Of a stretch of DNA of 64,000 nucleotides, positions 18,208-29,691 are shown piece after piece. The position numbers were made by a program, and so were the translations under genes. The DNA comes from an uncultured delta proteobacterium. Lineage in GTDB: Bacteria > Myxococcota_A > Polyangia > Fen-1088. The stretch lies in assembly GCA_963767925.1 (NCBI GenBank), contig CAVYGB010000010.1:800001-864000 (forward strand), in the 5' to 3' direction. The notes beneath the pieces were generated by a model. The model was not told the DNA's origin. It did no database searches and saw only the letters and a program-made list of their open reading frames with translations. The number at the start of each line of letters is the position of its first letter. Position 1 is the first letter of the stretch.

Positions 18208-19293
18208 TCAGGAGCGCGGGGGGGTGAGCCATTTGACGAGCCAGTCGGTGATCTCGGTGCGGTGCTCGTCGGTGACTTTGTGGGCGACGCCGGGGGCGAT
18301 GAGGACCTTGAGCTTGTCGGTGGCGCCGGCCTTCTGGTAGGCGAGGCGGGTCGAGGCCAGCGCCACCTGGGCGCCGCCGAGCGGGCAGTTGGGGTCGAGC
18401 TCGCCGCCGGTGATCAGGAGGGGGCGGGGGGCGAACAGGCGCAACATGCTGGGGCCGTCGTAGCGATCGAGGATCCCGGGCAGGAGCTTGCTCCACAGCG
18501 CCCGCGCCACCCGGGCGTTGACCTCGTTCTCCCCGAGGTCCGACGCCGCCGCCTCGTGCGCCGCCCAGATGGTCCGGGCCCGGCCCTGCCACTTGTCGTT
18601 GTCCAGGCTCCAGCGAAAGCTCTGCACGGCGATGGCCGGCACCGCCACCTTGATGCGCGGATCGACCGAGGCGGCCAGCCAGGTCTGGATGCCCCCCATC
18701 GAGATCCCCAGCATCCCGATGCGGGCCGGGTCGACGTCGGGGCGGGTCACCAGGTGGTCGACCGTGCGCCAGATGTCCCAGGCGGTGTCATAGAAGAAGG
18801 GGTGCTCCTGCTCGGCCGACCTGGCCCGCCAGGCGGTGGTGATGGCGGCGACGTAGGCCTCCGCGCCCTTCTCCACCCCCACCCGCTCGCCGTGGTAGCG
18901 GGCGTCGAGCGCGACCGCGAGGAAGCCCTTGGCCGCCAGGCGGTCGAGCCAGTCGCGCTGGCTCTCCTTGGTGCCGCCGGTGCCATGCAGGACCAGCACG
19001 GTCGGCCAGCGGCGGTCGGCCGGGCCGGGCGGCCGCACGATCAGCAGCGGCACCCGCTCGATCACCCCGCTGCGCTTCTTCTCCGAGGCGATGCTCAGCC
19101 GCTCCACCGTGGTGCCGTCGGCGGACACCTGCTTGTCGACGACCTTGGGGTCGGCGGGCACCCGCGGGCGATCGAGCAGCTTCAGGAAGCCCTTGCGCAC
19201 CTCCGCGGCGGGAGGCAACGGAGCGTCGGCGTGAACCGGGAGCGGCCGGGCCAGCGCCGCGGCGGTGAGGACCGAAGCCAGCAGGAGGCGCAT
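18208..19293 (-). CDS. secreted alpha/beta hydrolase (dienelactone hydrolase/esterase-like)
   Basis: Signal peptide; VLVLHGTG, DARYHGER, RIGMLGISMGG nucleophile elbow, GELDPNCP, GVAH. Confidence 0.88.
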   Translation of the reverse strand: MRLLLASVLTAAALARPLPVHADAPLPPAAEVRKGFLKLLDRPRVPADPKVVDKQVSADGTTVERLSIASEKKRSGVIERVPLLIVRPPGPADRRWPTVLVLHGTGGTKESQRDWLDRLAAKGFLAVALDARYHGERVGVEKGAEAYVAAITTAWRARSAEQEHPFFYDTAWDIWRTVDHLVTRPDVDPARIGMLGISMGGIQTWLAASVDPRIKVAVPAIAVQSFRWSLDNDKWQGRARTIWAAHEAAASDLGENEVNARVARALWSKLLPGILDRYDGPSMLRLFAPRPLLITGGELDPNCPLGGAQVALASTRLAYQKAGATDKLKVLIAPGVAHKVTDEHRTEITDWLVKWLTPPRS

Positions 19294-19391
19294 GCCTGCA
19301 GTTGACCGCACTCCCGCCCGGCCACCAAGCGGTTTCGTTTGCCGCGGAGCCGGGGACGGTGGAGCGTCGGGGCCTGGGCGGGAGGGAGCTT

Positions 19392-20867
19392 TCAGCCGGA
19401 GGCGGGGATCTCGACGACAAGGCGGGCGCCGCCCAGCGGCGAGGGGCCGGGGGCCACCGAGATGTCGCCTCCGTGGTCGATGACGATCTTGCGCACGATG
19501 GCCAGGCCCAGCCCGGTGCCCTGGGGCTTGCTCGTCACGTAGGGATCGAAGATGTGCTGGCTCTCGGCCGCCGCGATGCCGGGCCCGTTGTCGTCGATCA
19601 GGACCACCGCCCGCCGGCGCTGCGGCCGATGCTCCACCGACAGCCGCACCACCGGATCCTGGGCCGCCCCCTCGGCCGCCTGCACCGCGTTTTCGACCAG
19701 GTTGGTGAGGACGCGCCCGAACAGCACCCGATCGCAGGGGGCCGTCACCGGGGCGGGCGGCTGCACAACCTCGATGAAGGGCTGCCACTCCGGGTGCAGG
19801 CGGGCGAACTCGGCCAGGAAGGCTCCCAGGTCGATCGGGGTGGGCTCGACCTTCGGCAGCTTGCCGAAGGCGGAGAAGTCGTCGACCAGCCGGCGCAGCG
19901 CCGTGATCTCGTCGCGCAAGATCTCGGTGGCCGTCTCGAGCAGCCGGCGGTAGCCGGGGTCGTCCCCCTTGTACTTGGAGACCAGCTCCTGGACCGCGAG
20001 CTGGATGGGGGTGAGGGGGTTCTTGATCTCGTGGGCCAGCCGGCGCGCCACCTCCTGCCAGGCCGAGACCTTCTGCAGATAGGCCAGGCGGTAGCGGGCC
20101 TCCTCGAGCTCGTCGACCATGCCGTCGAAGGAGCGAGCCAGCTCGTCGAGCTCGTCGCGGCCGGTGGGGTGCAGGCGCACCGACAGGTCGCCGGCGCCGA
20201 CCGCCAGAGCGGCGTCGCGCAGGCGGGCCACCCGCTCGGTGGCCCGGCGGGCGAAATACAGCCCCACCATGGGGACCACCGCCAGCAGGCCCACCACGAA
20301 CAGCAGGTACTCGCGCAGGTAGCGGGAGACGAAGGCCTCGTAGACGTGCTCGCGCTGCCGCTCGATGTCGAGGGCCTGGCTCAGCTCGACGAAGCGCTCG
20401 TACATCTCGACCGGGATGCCGAAGGTCAGCTCCAGCACCCGGGTGGGGGGCGAGTTGGCCCCCTCCTCCGCCTCGACCTGGGGGAGAGGGGCAGTGGCGA
20501 CGGGCGCCTCCCGGGCCCGCTGGCGGGCCGACTCGGGCGCCGACCACTCGTCGATCACGCGCCCGCCCTCGTACAGGCGGGCGCGCAGCAGCTCCTCGAC
20601 GCCGGCCAGGTCGGCCATCTTCCGGGGGTTGGTGGCGGCCAGGCGCTCGGTGCGGCGGCGGAACTCCTCCTTGCGCTCGGCGAAGTAGCTGCGGAACGCC
20701 TCCGCCGCCACCGTGCCCGAGTCGAAGGCCTGCCGCTCGTGCTGGGCGAAGGAGGCCACCCCCCGCAGCACGTAGCGGGCGGCGTAGCCGGCGGTGCCCG
20801 CCGACAGCGCCGCCACCAGCAGCACCACCCCGAGAATCTTCCATTCGAAGCGACCGGGCATCCTCAT
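19392..20867 (-). CDS. HAMP-domain sensor histidine kinase (NtrY-like)
   Basis: Two TM segments, HAMP, WQEVARRLAHEIKNPLTPI H-box, NLVENA, DNGPGI, FDPYVTSK, GTGLGL. Confidence 0.93.
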   Translation of the reverse strand: MRMPGRFEWKILGVVLLVAALSAGTAGYAARYVLRGVASFAQHERQAFDSGTVAAEAFRSYFAERKEEFRRRTERLAATNPRKMADLAGVEELLRARLYEGGRVIDEWSAPESARQRAREAPVATAPLPQVEAEEGANSPPTRVLELTFGIPVEMYERFVELSQALDIERQREHVYEAFVSRYLREYLLFVVGLLAVVPMVGLYFARRATERVARLRDAALAVGAGDLSVRLHPTGRDELDELARSFDGMVDELEEARYRLAYLQKVSAWQEVARRLAHEIKNPLTPIQLAVQELVSKYKGDDPGYRRLLETATEILRDEITALRRLVDDFSAFGKLPKVEPTPIDLGAFLAEFARLHPEWQPFIEVVQPPAPVTAPCDRVLFGRVLTNLVENAVQAAEGAAQDPVVRLSVEHRPQRRRAVVLIDDNGPGIAAAESQHIFDPYVTSKPQGTGLGLAIVRKIVIDHGGDISVAPGPSPLGGARLVVEIPASG

Positions 20868-21517
20868 CACGTGCCTCCCCGAAAGGGCTGCGACCAGAAG
20901 GTGAGCTGGCGTTCGCTCTCCTCGACCCGTGGGTTGACGAAGATGCTCACCACCGAACCGAACACGCTGTCGCTCGACCCCGCCCGCCCCTGCCCCGGCG
21001 CCCGCACCAGCCAGCGCCGCACCTCCTGCACGAGGTCCTCCGACAGCGGGTTGAGGTCGGCCCGGAAGCGCAGGCGGTAGGTGACCCCCGGCGCCAGCCG
21101 GCCCAGGTCGCTGACCGCGAAGCGGTGCAGGGCGGTGGCGGCCAGGATGGCCTGCTGGGCGGTGGCGGCGGCGTATGCCCGGGGCCCGTCCCGCTCGATG
21201 ACGTTGACCCGGAACCGTTCGTCCCACAGGTCGTACAGGATCTCGCTGCGGCGATCGGCGAGGGCGATCGGCTGCCGCTCACCCTCCCGGTACAGCTCGA
21301 CCCGGATGACGACCCGGCTCACGAACCCGGACTTCAGCCGCTCGCTGTCGTTGGGCCAGAACAGGTCCTGTAGCCCCACGCTGGTGGCCAGCCAGCCGTC
21401 CTTGCGGTGCAGCCCCACCAGGCGGGGCGGCCGCTCGTCGGCGAACGCCAGCGGCCCCACCCCGTGCAGGAGGGTGAGGGCCGAAAGCACGGCGAGGGGG
21501 AGGCGCGCCCGGGGCAT
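20867..21517 (-). CDS. DUF4390-like exported protein
   Basis: Signal peptide; RLKSG...ILYDLWDERF pattern; position directly upstream of an NtrY-like kinase; TGATG overlaps on both sides. Confidence 0.7.
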   Translation of the reverse strand: MPRARLPLAVLSALTLLHGVGPLAFADERPPRLVGLHRKDGWLATSVGLQDLFWPNDSERLKSGFVSRVVIRVELYREGERQPIALADRRSEILYDLWDERFRVNVIERDGPRAYAAATAQQAILAATALHRFAVSDLGRLAPGVTYRLRFRADLNPLSEDLVQEVRRWLVRAPGQGRAGSSDSVFGSVVSIFVNPRVEESERQLTFWSQPFRGGT

Positions 21518-22958
21518 CAGAACCGGATCCGACCGAGACCGTTGGCGATGGAGACGGTGAAGATGCCGATGTACGTGTCGAGCTTGACCCCCAGATCGGC
21601 GGTGAGGTCGAGCGGCACCGACTGCAGAGCCGGACCGTCGCGCGTGCGCAGGTCGTCGAGCCCGGCCAGGGCAAACGCGCCGAAGGCGGCGAAGGCGTCG
21701 CCCCGGTAGATGAAGCCCCGCCGGCGCCAGAGGGGGACGGCGTATTCGACGAGGGCCCGGGCGGCGAAGGGCTCGTAGCGCCGGTCGGCCACGCTGGCGC
21801 CGAGAAAGGCCCGCGAGGGCTGGGTGGCGAAGTTGAGGCCCAGGGCGCGGGGGGGAGCAGGAAGTTGAGGTCCCCCACGAAGAAGTTGTTGAAGTAAGGG
21901 GCCTCGCCCAGCACCGCCCCGGCGAAGGCGTGGGTCGCCACCACGTGGTCGCGAAAGGCAGGAAAGTAGAAGGAGCCCTGGGCGATCCCCTTGGCGTAGG
22001 CGTAGCTCGATCCCAGCACGGGCAGCGAGGCCTCGACCGACATCGAGAGGCGGCGGCCGCGCGAGGGCAACACCGGGTCGGAGCGGGTGTCGAGGTCGAG
22101 CAGGGCGGTCAGCGAGGCGACCCGGCTCGACCCCTCGTGGATGGCGAAGTCGATGGGGCGGACCTGGCCGCCGCCGAGGTCGCGGGTGCGGATGGTGGGC
22201 AACACCGCCCGCACCGCCTCGAAGCGCCCCTCGGTGGTGAAGCGGGCGGTCCGCGACAGCTCGCCGCCCACCATGAGGCTGCCGCCCAGCCGGCGGATGT
22301 CGAGCGCCCGCCACTTGTTGGGATCCACCTCCGCCTCCCGCCCGAAGGCCTGGAAGAACTCGCTGCCCCGCGAGTAGAGGAAGCTCCCCGACAGCAGCAG
22401 GGCCTCGCGCAGGTTGGGCCCGCCCACCCGCACCGAGACGGCGTGGCCCGGGCGGGCCTCCGGCACGGTGGGGGCGGTGGAGGCCACGAAGCCGGCCCCC
22501 AGCGAGATGCCCCGCCCGGCCAGGTTCGTCTCGGAGACGTCGAGGCCGCCCCAGAGCAAGGTGGCCTCGCTGGTGCCGAGGTAGACGGCGTTGAGCACGG
22601 CGGTGCCCCGCTCCTCGGTCTCCACAACCAGCACGACGGCGCCCCGCTTGCCCGGCACGGGCAACACCCGCAGCTCGACCCGCAGGAAGAACCCCAGCGA
22701 CAGCAGGCGCAGCTCGGCCAGGCGGACCCGGGGATCGTCGGCCGAGATGACGTCGCCGGGGTGGATGGCCAGCTCCCGCAGGATGAGGCCGGCGTCGGTC
22801 TTGCGGTTGCCGCGCACTTCAATGGCCGCCACCCAGTAGCGGAAGCCGAGGCCGAAGCTGTCGCCTCCCGGCACCCCGCTCGCCGGATCGCCAGGAGCCG
22901 CCAGCGCCGCTCGCCCTACGAGAAGTCCGCTGAGGAGGGCCAGGAAGACAAGCCGCAT
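21517..22958 (-). CDS. BamA/TamA (Omp85) family protein with one POTRA domain, frameshifted at the G7 run 21849-21855
   Basis: IEVRGNRKT..LILREL POTRA; ETNLAGRG, LDTRSDPVLPSRG barrel motifs; continues in a second frame to GRIRF. Confidence 0.85.
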
Positions 22959-23064
22959 ACCCTCCGAGCCTAACGCGACTCTCCCGTTCTCGCCTGATCC
23001 TACTTACAGGAGCCCCCGCCGGGACCTCTCCCGAGCGCCCGAGGCGTCCCCGATCACCTGCCGA

Positions 23065-23817
23065 TCAGTTGATGCTGATGCGAGGGCTGGGGGGGACGAG
23101 CCGGGCCCGCTCGAGCCGGCGCTCCACCTCCTCGGAGGGGGTGACGACGGCGAGGCGGGCCAGCACCTGGCAGAGGCGGCGGCCGTCGCCCCGGACCTCG
23201 TAGATGCAGCGGAGGTTGGTGAGGATGCGCGCGATGACCTGGCGGCTCGAGGCGGGGGCGAGCGCCTGCTCGTCCACCACGCTCGGCTCGCCGGTGATCT
23301 GCTCCCACATCGCCTGGATCTCCTCGCGGCAGAGGATCCGGCCATCGAAGGGATCGATGTAGAGCGGATCGCCGGTCTCGGTCAGCGCCCGCACGAGGAA
23401 GTGGCAGGGGAAGGAGACGCCCTCCAGCTTCAGCCCCGCCCGCCGGGCGACCGCGATCAACACGATGGCCAGGCTGATGGGAATTCCCGTGCGGCGAACC
23501 AGCACGTCGTTGAGGAAGCTGTTGCGGGGGTCGTAGTAGTCGGCGACGTTGCCCCGGAAGCGGAGCTCCTTGTAGACGAGGTTCAAGATGGTGTTGAGGG
23601 CCAGCGAGACCGGGGCCCGCCCCGGACGCAATCCGCTCTTCACGAGCATGAGCCGCGCCTGCGCGCCGAGCTCGTCCAGCTGCGCGACGTAGCGAGCGAC
23701 GTCCAGACCGCGATACTCCGCCTCGGCGATCAGCAGCGCGGCCCGTTCCAGATCCAGTTGCTTGTCTGGCTTCCGCAGCAGATGCGCGAACAGCACCAGG
23801 TCTTCTGAACCGGCCAT
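23065..23817 (-). CDS. SirB1/YchA family transglutaminase-like protein
   Basis: FRGNVADYYDPRNSFLNDVLVRRTGIPISL, GVSFPCHFLV, YIDPFDG, ARILTNL. Confidence 0.9.
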   Translation of the reverse strand: MAGSEDLVLFAHLLRKPDKQLDLERAALLIAEAEYRGLDVARYVAQLDELGAQARLMLVKSGLRPGRAPVSLALNTILNLVYKELRFRGNVADYYDPRNSFLNDVLVRRTGIPISLAIVLIAVARRAGLKLEGVSFPCHFLVRALTETGDPLYIDPFDGRILCREEIQAMWEQITGEPSVVDEQALAPASSRQVIARILTNLRCIYEVRGDGRRLCQVLARLAVVTPSEEVERRLERARLVPPSPRISIN

Positions 23818-24044
23818 GAGCCCACGTAATGTAGCAGCAACCGCGGTGCAGGCACGGCCAATTAAGCCCGCGGCGGGGGCGGGGAGCAGCGCGCGAACCC
23901 GGTTTCCGCGCGCCTGGTTGGAGGTCGGCGAATCGCTGCCTTGCGGTTGACCGCCGTAAATTTTATGTCAGGCAACTCACGAGCATCGTTCGCAGCGATC
24001 GCCGCCTGCGCGGCCGGCGAGCGCGCCTGCGCGCCCTCGGCCGG

Positions 24045-26110
24045 TCAATCGACGCGCGGGAGGGAGGCGTCGGCTTCGCTGTCGTCGCTGCTGGGTTGGC
24101 CGCTGGGTTGGCCGCTGGGTTGGCCGCTGGGTTGGCCGCTGTCTTTGCTGCCGTTTTCACGGACCGCGGGGTCGGAGCGCCAGGTCTCGAGCAGCCGCTC
24201 CATCGAGTCGAGCTTGCCGACCTCGAGTCGCACGCCGAGCTCGATCTCGGCCAGCTCGCCCAGCACGGCGCCGAGGATGGTGTGGTGGGCCGCCTCCGAG
24301 ACCATCGCCTCGCGGGGCGCGCTCGCCTCTCCCTGGAGCACGGTGAGCTGCTGGTCGAGGCCGGCCAGCCGCTCCTGGTCGAGCAACATCTGGCCCTTGG
24401 TCGCCCAGAGCTGCTCCTCGGTGCGATCGAGCGCGTCGCGCAGGTGCGAGATCTCGTTCTGGGCCTCCTCGAGCTCGGCCGGCGAGATGGATGGGACGGT
24501 CGGGATCGGGGGAGCGAGGGCGATCGGCGGAGCGGGGGGGGCGGCGGGGGCGCGGGGGGCGCGGCGACCGCGGCCTGTCGCTGCAGGCGCAGCAAGGTGC
24601 CCTCCACCTCGGCCAGCCGGGAGCGGCGGGCGCGATCGGCCTGCTCGACCTCGGCGGTGTGCTTGCGGACCCGCTCGAGCTCGCTCTCGGCGGTCTGGGC
24701 ACGGCGGCTGGTTCCCGAGAGGGCGTCCTCCAGCTCGTTGACCAGCGTCGACTGCTCGGCGAGGGCTTCGCGCAGGCGGTTGACCTCGTCCAGGTGGGCC
24801 GCCGCCGCCAGCCGGTAGGGCTCGATGGCGGTGTTCACCCGCTCGCGCTCGGGCCGCGGCTCGACCGCCGCCTCGTCTTCGCTGCGGGCCGCACCGTTGC
24901 GGGACCGGGGCGGCACCGGGGCCTCGGCCCGCTTGGCCTGGGCGGCCTGCAGCCGCCAGAGCAGATCCTGCTTCTCCCCCTCGAGGCCGGCGATGCGCTC
25001 GTCGCGCTCGCCCAGCGCCGCCTCGCGCGCGGCCAGCTCCTCGCTCCGGCGCCGCAGCTCCTCGCGCAGGCGGGTCGCGCCGGCGCTGTCGCCCTCGCGG
25101 GCAGGCGCCGCGACCGGGGCCGCGGTCGGCGTCGCGCGCAGGCCGGCCGTGATCTGGCGGGCCAGCTCGGACACCTCCTCGCGCGTCCGGCGGGTCAGAT
25201 CCAGCACCGAGGCGTCGGCCTCGGCCAGCGCCCGGCGCAGGCGGGCGATCTCCTGATCGAGCTCGCTGCGGGCCTCGGCGCCCCGGCGCAGCCGCGCGCG
25301 CAGCTCCTCGATCTCCTCGCCCTGGGCGCGCGACACGCGCAGCATCCCCTCGGCCTTGCCCTCCGCCTCCATGAGGCGGTGGCGCAGACCCGCCACGGCG
25401 GTCCGCGACTCGTCCCCGTGGGCGGCGGGCTCTTCGGGGCGGGGACCGGCAGACGCGGGCAGCGGGATCTGCAGGAGGGCGTAGCCCAGCTCCAGCCGAT
25501 CGTCGGGCCCGGCCAGGGCCAGGTAGTGGGTGGGGTGCTCGTTGCCCTCGTCGACGAGCCCGCCTTCGATGCGCAGGCCGACCGTCTGGGCGCCGAACTC
25601 GGCCGCCCCGAAGGCGGCGAAGGGGGTGAGCCCGAACATGCGCACCCGGGGGAACAGCGGCTCGAGCGCCTCGAGCAGCACGTAGTAGCTGACCCCGGCC
25701 ACGCCCGGCGTGTCGGGGCGATCGGTGCTGGTCGCCACGAGGGCGATCTTGCCGTCGGGCGCGAGCATGCTGCGCAGGACGAGCAGGCCGAAGGGGGCGC
25801 CGGGGCCGAGCCAGGCGGCCCCGTCCGGCACCACGATCAGATCGAAGGGGCCGGCCCCCTCCAGGGCGCCACGCTCGAGAGGGGCGAACTGCAGGCCGGG
25901 CAGGCGGGCGCCGGCGCGGGCCCGCGCCAGGGCGTTGGCGTCGGCCTCCAGGCCGAGCACGGAGGCGGCGCCGAGGGCCCGGAGACGCGCTGCTCCAGCT
26001 CCCTCGCCGCTGCCGATCTCGAGCACCTTGCGACCATCGAGGAGGGGTGCGAGATAGCCATAAATGGCGAGGCGGCGGCTGTGTGAATCGAAGGGGCTTC
26101 CTGGGGACAT
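24045..26110 (-). CDS. class I SAM-methyltransferase-like domain fused to long coiled coil, frameshifted near 24540
   Basis: KVLEIGSGEG motif I, FDLIV, LAPDG; about 400 aa heptad-rich region; C-terminus continues in the frame ending at 24045; break at or near the G8 run 24534-24541. Confidence 0.75.
24090..24137. repeat. 12-bp perfect tandem repeat x4 (encodes SGQP)
   Basis: GCTGGGTTGGCC four times. Confidence 0.95.
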
Positions 26111-26155
26111 CGGGACGTTGGACTATACCCGAAACCGTCCCGCGGCCCGGTTAAG

Positions 26156-27355
26156 ATGACCGGGCCCATGCCGACGCACGCGCCCAGCCGGACCCGCTCG
26201 AAAGGCGCCGGGATGGCCGCCACCCTGCTGGTCTGGGCCCTGCCCTGCACGCTGATCGCGGGCGCGGTGGTGGCTGTGGTCCCGGCGGCGGCGCGGGCGC
26301 AGGCCCCCCCACCTCCCGCTCCAGCCGGCGCCGCGCCGAAGCTGGTCTACCTCAACTTCTCCGACGGCACCGAGACGCTCACCTTCGGGGCCGACGACGA
26401 CGCCGCCACGAACGTCTCGGCGACCGGCGCCGCCGCGCCCTATCCGGAGTTCCGCTGGCCCGGCATCACCACCGGCGTGGTCAGCCGGGCCGAGCTGGTG
26501 CGGCGGGTGGCCCTGCGGGTGCACCAGTTCTTCCTCCCCTTCAACGTCCTCGTGACCACCGCCCGCCCGAGCGCCGGGCCCTACGTCATGGTGCTGATCG
26601 GCGGCCACCCCCGCGACATCGGGGTGAGCTTGACCGTCGCTGGCCTTGCCTTCATGGACTGCGGCAACGGGGTGCCCTCCGACATCGTGTTCGCCTTCCC
26701 CGAGATGCTGCGGGGGAGCGAACACGGGCTCGCGGTGACAATCGCCCAGGAGGCGGCCCACGCCTTCGGGCTCGAGCACACCTCCAACCGCGCCGACATC
26801 ATGTACCCCACGGTGGTGCCCGAGCAGGCGCTGTTCCCCGACGAGGAGAGCCCCATCCTCGACGAGCGGCTGTGTGGCTTCGCCACCCAGAACTCGCACC
26901 AGCGGCTGCTCGCCATGGTGGGCGGCTGGCCCGGCGACGAGAAGCCCATCGACGACGGCACCCGCGCCGACCGCCAGCCCCCGAGCCTGACCATCCTGGG
27001 ACCGGGCTCCGGCGAGATGGTGCCGCAGCCCTTCACGGTGCGGGTGAGCGCCGAGGACGCGGGGGGCATCGACCACGTCGTGCTCGCCGCCGAGGGGGAC
27101 CGGGGGACGCTCTACCGCCCGCCCTTCACCTGGTCGCTCGACGGCTTCCCCGCCGGCCCCCTCACGGTCACGGTCGTCGCTTACGACGCGAGCGGCAATA
27201 CCAGCACACAGTCGGCCACCGTCACCGTCACCGGCCCGGGGCCGCCGCTGGCGGGCGGCTGCGCCTTCGCCCCCGCTCCCACCCGGCTCCCGGCCGCGCT
27301 GGCCGCGGCCCTGCTGCTCCTCCTGGCTTGCATCCACCGGGGGCGTCCTTTATAA
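26156..27355 (+). CDS. metzincin/matrixin-like protein with Ig-like domain and MYXO-CTERM-like tail
   Basis: [21 protein letters not shown] Met-turn, AYDASGN Ig motif, GGCAF plus hydrophobic C-terminus. Confidence 0.8.
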   Translation: MTGPMPTHAPSRTRSKGAGMAATLLVWALPCTLIAGAVVAVVPAAARAQAPPPPAPAGAAPKLVYLNFSDGTETLTFGADDDAATNVSATGAAAPYPEFRWPGITTGVVSRAELVRRVALRVHQFFLPFNVLVTTARPSAGPYVMVLIGGHPRDIGVSLTVAGLAFMDCGNGVPSDIVFAFPEMLRGSEHGLAVTIAQEAAHAFGLEHTSNRADIMYPTVVPEQALFPDEESPILDERLCGFATQNSHQRLLAMVGGWPGDEKPIDDGTRADRQPPSLTILGPGSGEMVPQPFTVRVSAEDAGGIDHVVLAAEGDRGTLYRPPFTWSLDGFPAGPLTVTVVAYDASGNTSTQSATVTVTGPGPPLAGGCAFAPAPTRLPAALAAALLLLLACIHRGRPL

Positions 27356-27423
27356 ACCCCTGTTCCGACCGAGTCGCCTGCCGATCCATGGCAGACCAAC
27401 GGCGGAAGACGAGGACCTGCATC

Positions 27424-27651
27424 ATGCCGAAAAAGGGAATCCATCCACTCTATAGGGCCGTCACGATCTCCTGCGCCTGCGGCAACAAGGTCGAGACCTA
27501 CTCGACCCGCGGATCGCTCATGACGGACATCTGCTCGGCGTGTCATCCGTTCTACACCGGCAAGCAGAAGTTCATCGACACCGCCGGCCGTATCGAGCGG
27601 TTCCAGAAGAAGTACGGCAAGCAGCCGTTCGTTCTCCCCACGCCCGAGTGA
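27424..27651 (+). CDS. rpmE: 50S ribosomal protein L31 (zinc-binding type)
   Basis: [33 protein letters not shown]. Confidence 0.97.
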   Translation: MPKKGIHPLYRAVTISCACGNKVETYSTRGSLMTDICSACHPFYTGKQKFIDTAGRIERFQKKYGKQPFVLPTPE

Positions 27652-27721
27652 CCCGGGGCGCTCGAGCCTCGCGCGCCGGCGGCCAACCGCGACGCCGGCC
27701 GGCGCTGATCGACCCTGACCG

Positions 27722-28801
<1,080 letters not shown>

Positions 28802-28876
28802 GGCAGGTGAGCGCTCCGCTCCCGAGAACTGTCGGACGGGCGCGGCTACGATGGCAGGGGCGCTGCTCGCCCTCGG

Positions 28877-29611
28877 TCAGAAGCAGCTTCCGTCGGTCTG
28901 GCACTGCTGCCCGGCCGCGCAACGATCGCAACACAGTGGACCGCCAAGCGCGTTGAAATCGCAGGTCAACGGTCTTTCGCACTGCTCGGGGAAATCGCAT
29001 CCGTCCCCCTGCTTGAACTGTTCGAAGCACTCGCCTTCGTCGTTGGCTCCGCGGAAGCAAAAGAATCCAGGGGCACAGGCCTCCCCCGGGCGAGCCTGAT
29101 CACAAGGTTGCTGACAACGCGTACCGCCTAACTCGCAGAGGAATGGGCGGCAGGGAGTCGATCGTTGGTTGCACCGCCCGTTGCCGTCACAGGTGCCCCT
29201 CTCAGTCAAATTGCCTCCGCTACATCGTGCGGTCCCGCAGGGATTTCCTCTATGTCTCCGACAGTTTCCACCACCGCACGTACCATCAAAACCACACGAG
29301 TCCGCACTTTGTCCGGGACAAGCACTGTTGCAGCAGACCCTCGACCCACTCCCCGAGTTCACGCAAAAACCGGAAATACAGTCACCGGGCCCATTGCAGG
29401 ATTGACCATTGGGACGCTGGTTCGAGACACACGTGCCCGACCCATTGCACGTACCTTGTCCGTTCTGGCAAGGCCTGCCGCCTTGCGCTACGCATCGGTT
29501 CATGCCCGGGTTGCATGGACTACACTCATTGCTAACATTTGCAACAGCACGACAACGCAATTCCCCGTCCAGGCGTGCCAGATCTGTTGGGAGCGGTTCC
29601 TCAGCCACCAC
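28877..29611 (-). CDS. Cys-rich protein of atypical composition, probably 5'-truncated
   Basis: Dense Cys spacing ([24 protein letters not shown]); no signal peptide or RBS; hand-counted lines at 52-58% GC. Confidence 0.6.
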   Translation of the reverse strand: MVAEEPLPTDLARLDGELRCRAVANVSNECSPCNPGMNRCVAQGGRPCQNGQGTCNGSGTCVSNQRPNGQSCNGPGDCISGFCVNSGSGSRVCCNSACPGQSADSCGFDGTCGGGNCRRHRGNPCGTARCSGGNLTERGTCDGNGRCNQRSTPCRPFLCELGGTRCQQPCDQARPGEACAPGFFCFRGANDEGECFEQFKQGDGCDFPEQCERPLTCDFNALGGPLCCDRCAAGQQCQTDGSCF

Positions 29612-29641
29612 AAGACCCCAGGACTTGGAGACGCAAGTTGC

Positions 29642-29670
29642 ACAAGAGCCCAGACAGTCTGGGCTCTTGT
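29642..29670. terminator. 14-bp perfect inverted repeat, probable terminator
   Basis: ACAAGAGCCCAGAC-A-GTCTGGGCTCTTGT, 21 bp downstream of the stop at 29692. Confidence 0.6.
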
Positions 29671-29691
29671 CGACGCCGCTAGTAGGGTCGA

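Noticed and set aside
21849..21855. G7 tract frameshift as phase variation of the Omp85 gene
   Set aside because: Similar single-base slips occur in housekeeping and other genes (purL, pxpA, DUF1080, kinase), so long-read homopolymer error is the simpler explanation
25700..26110. Methyltransferase near prfA as PrmC
   Set aside because: No NPPY motif or PrmC N-terminal domain; fused to a coiled coil
29612..29691. Upstream in-frame extension of the Cys-rich ORF
   Set aside because: The open frame has no start codon and runs through the terminator-like palindrome, so the extra Cys codons may be coincidental
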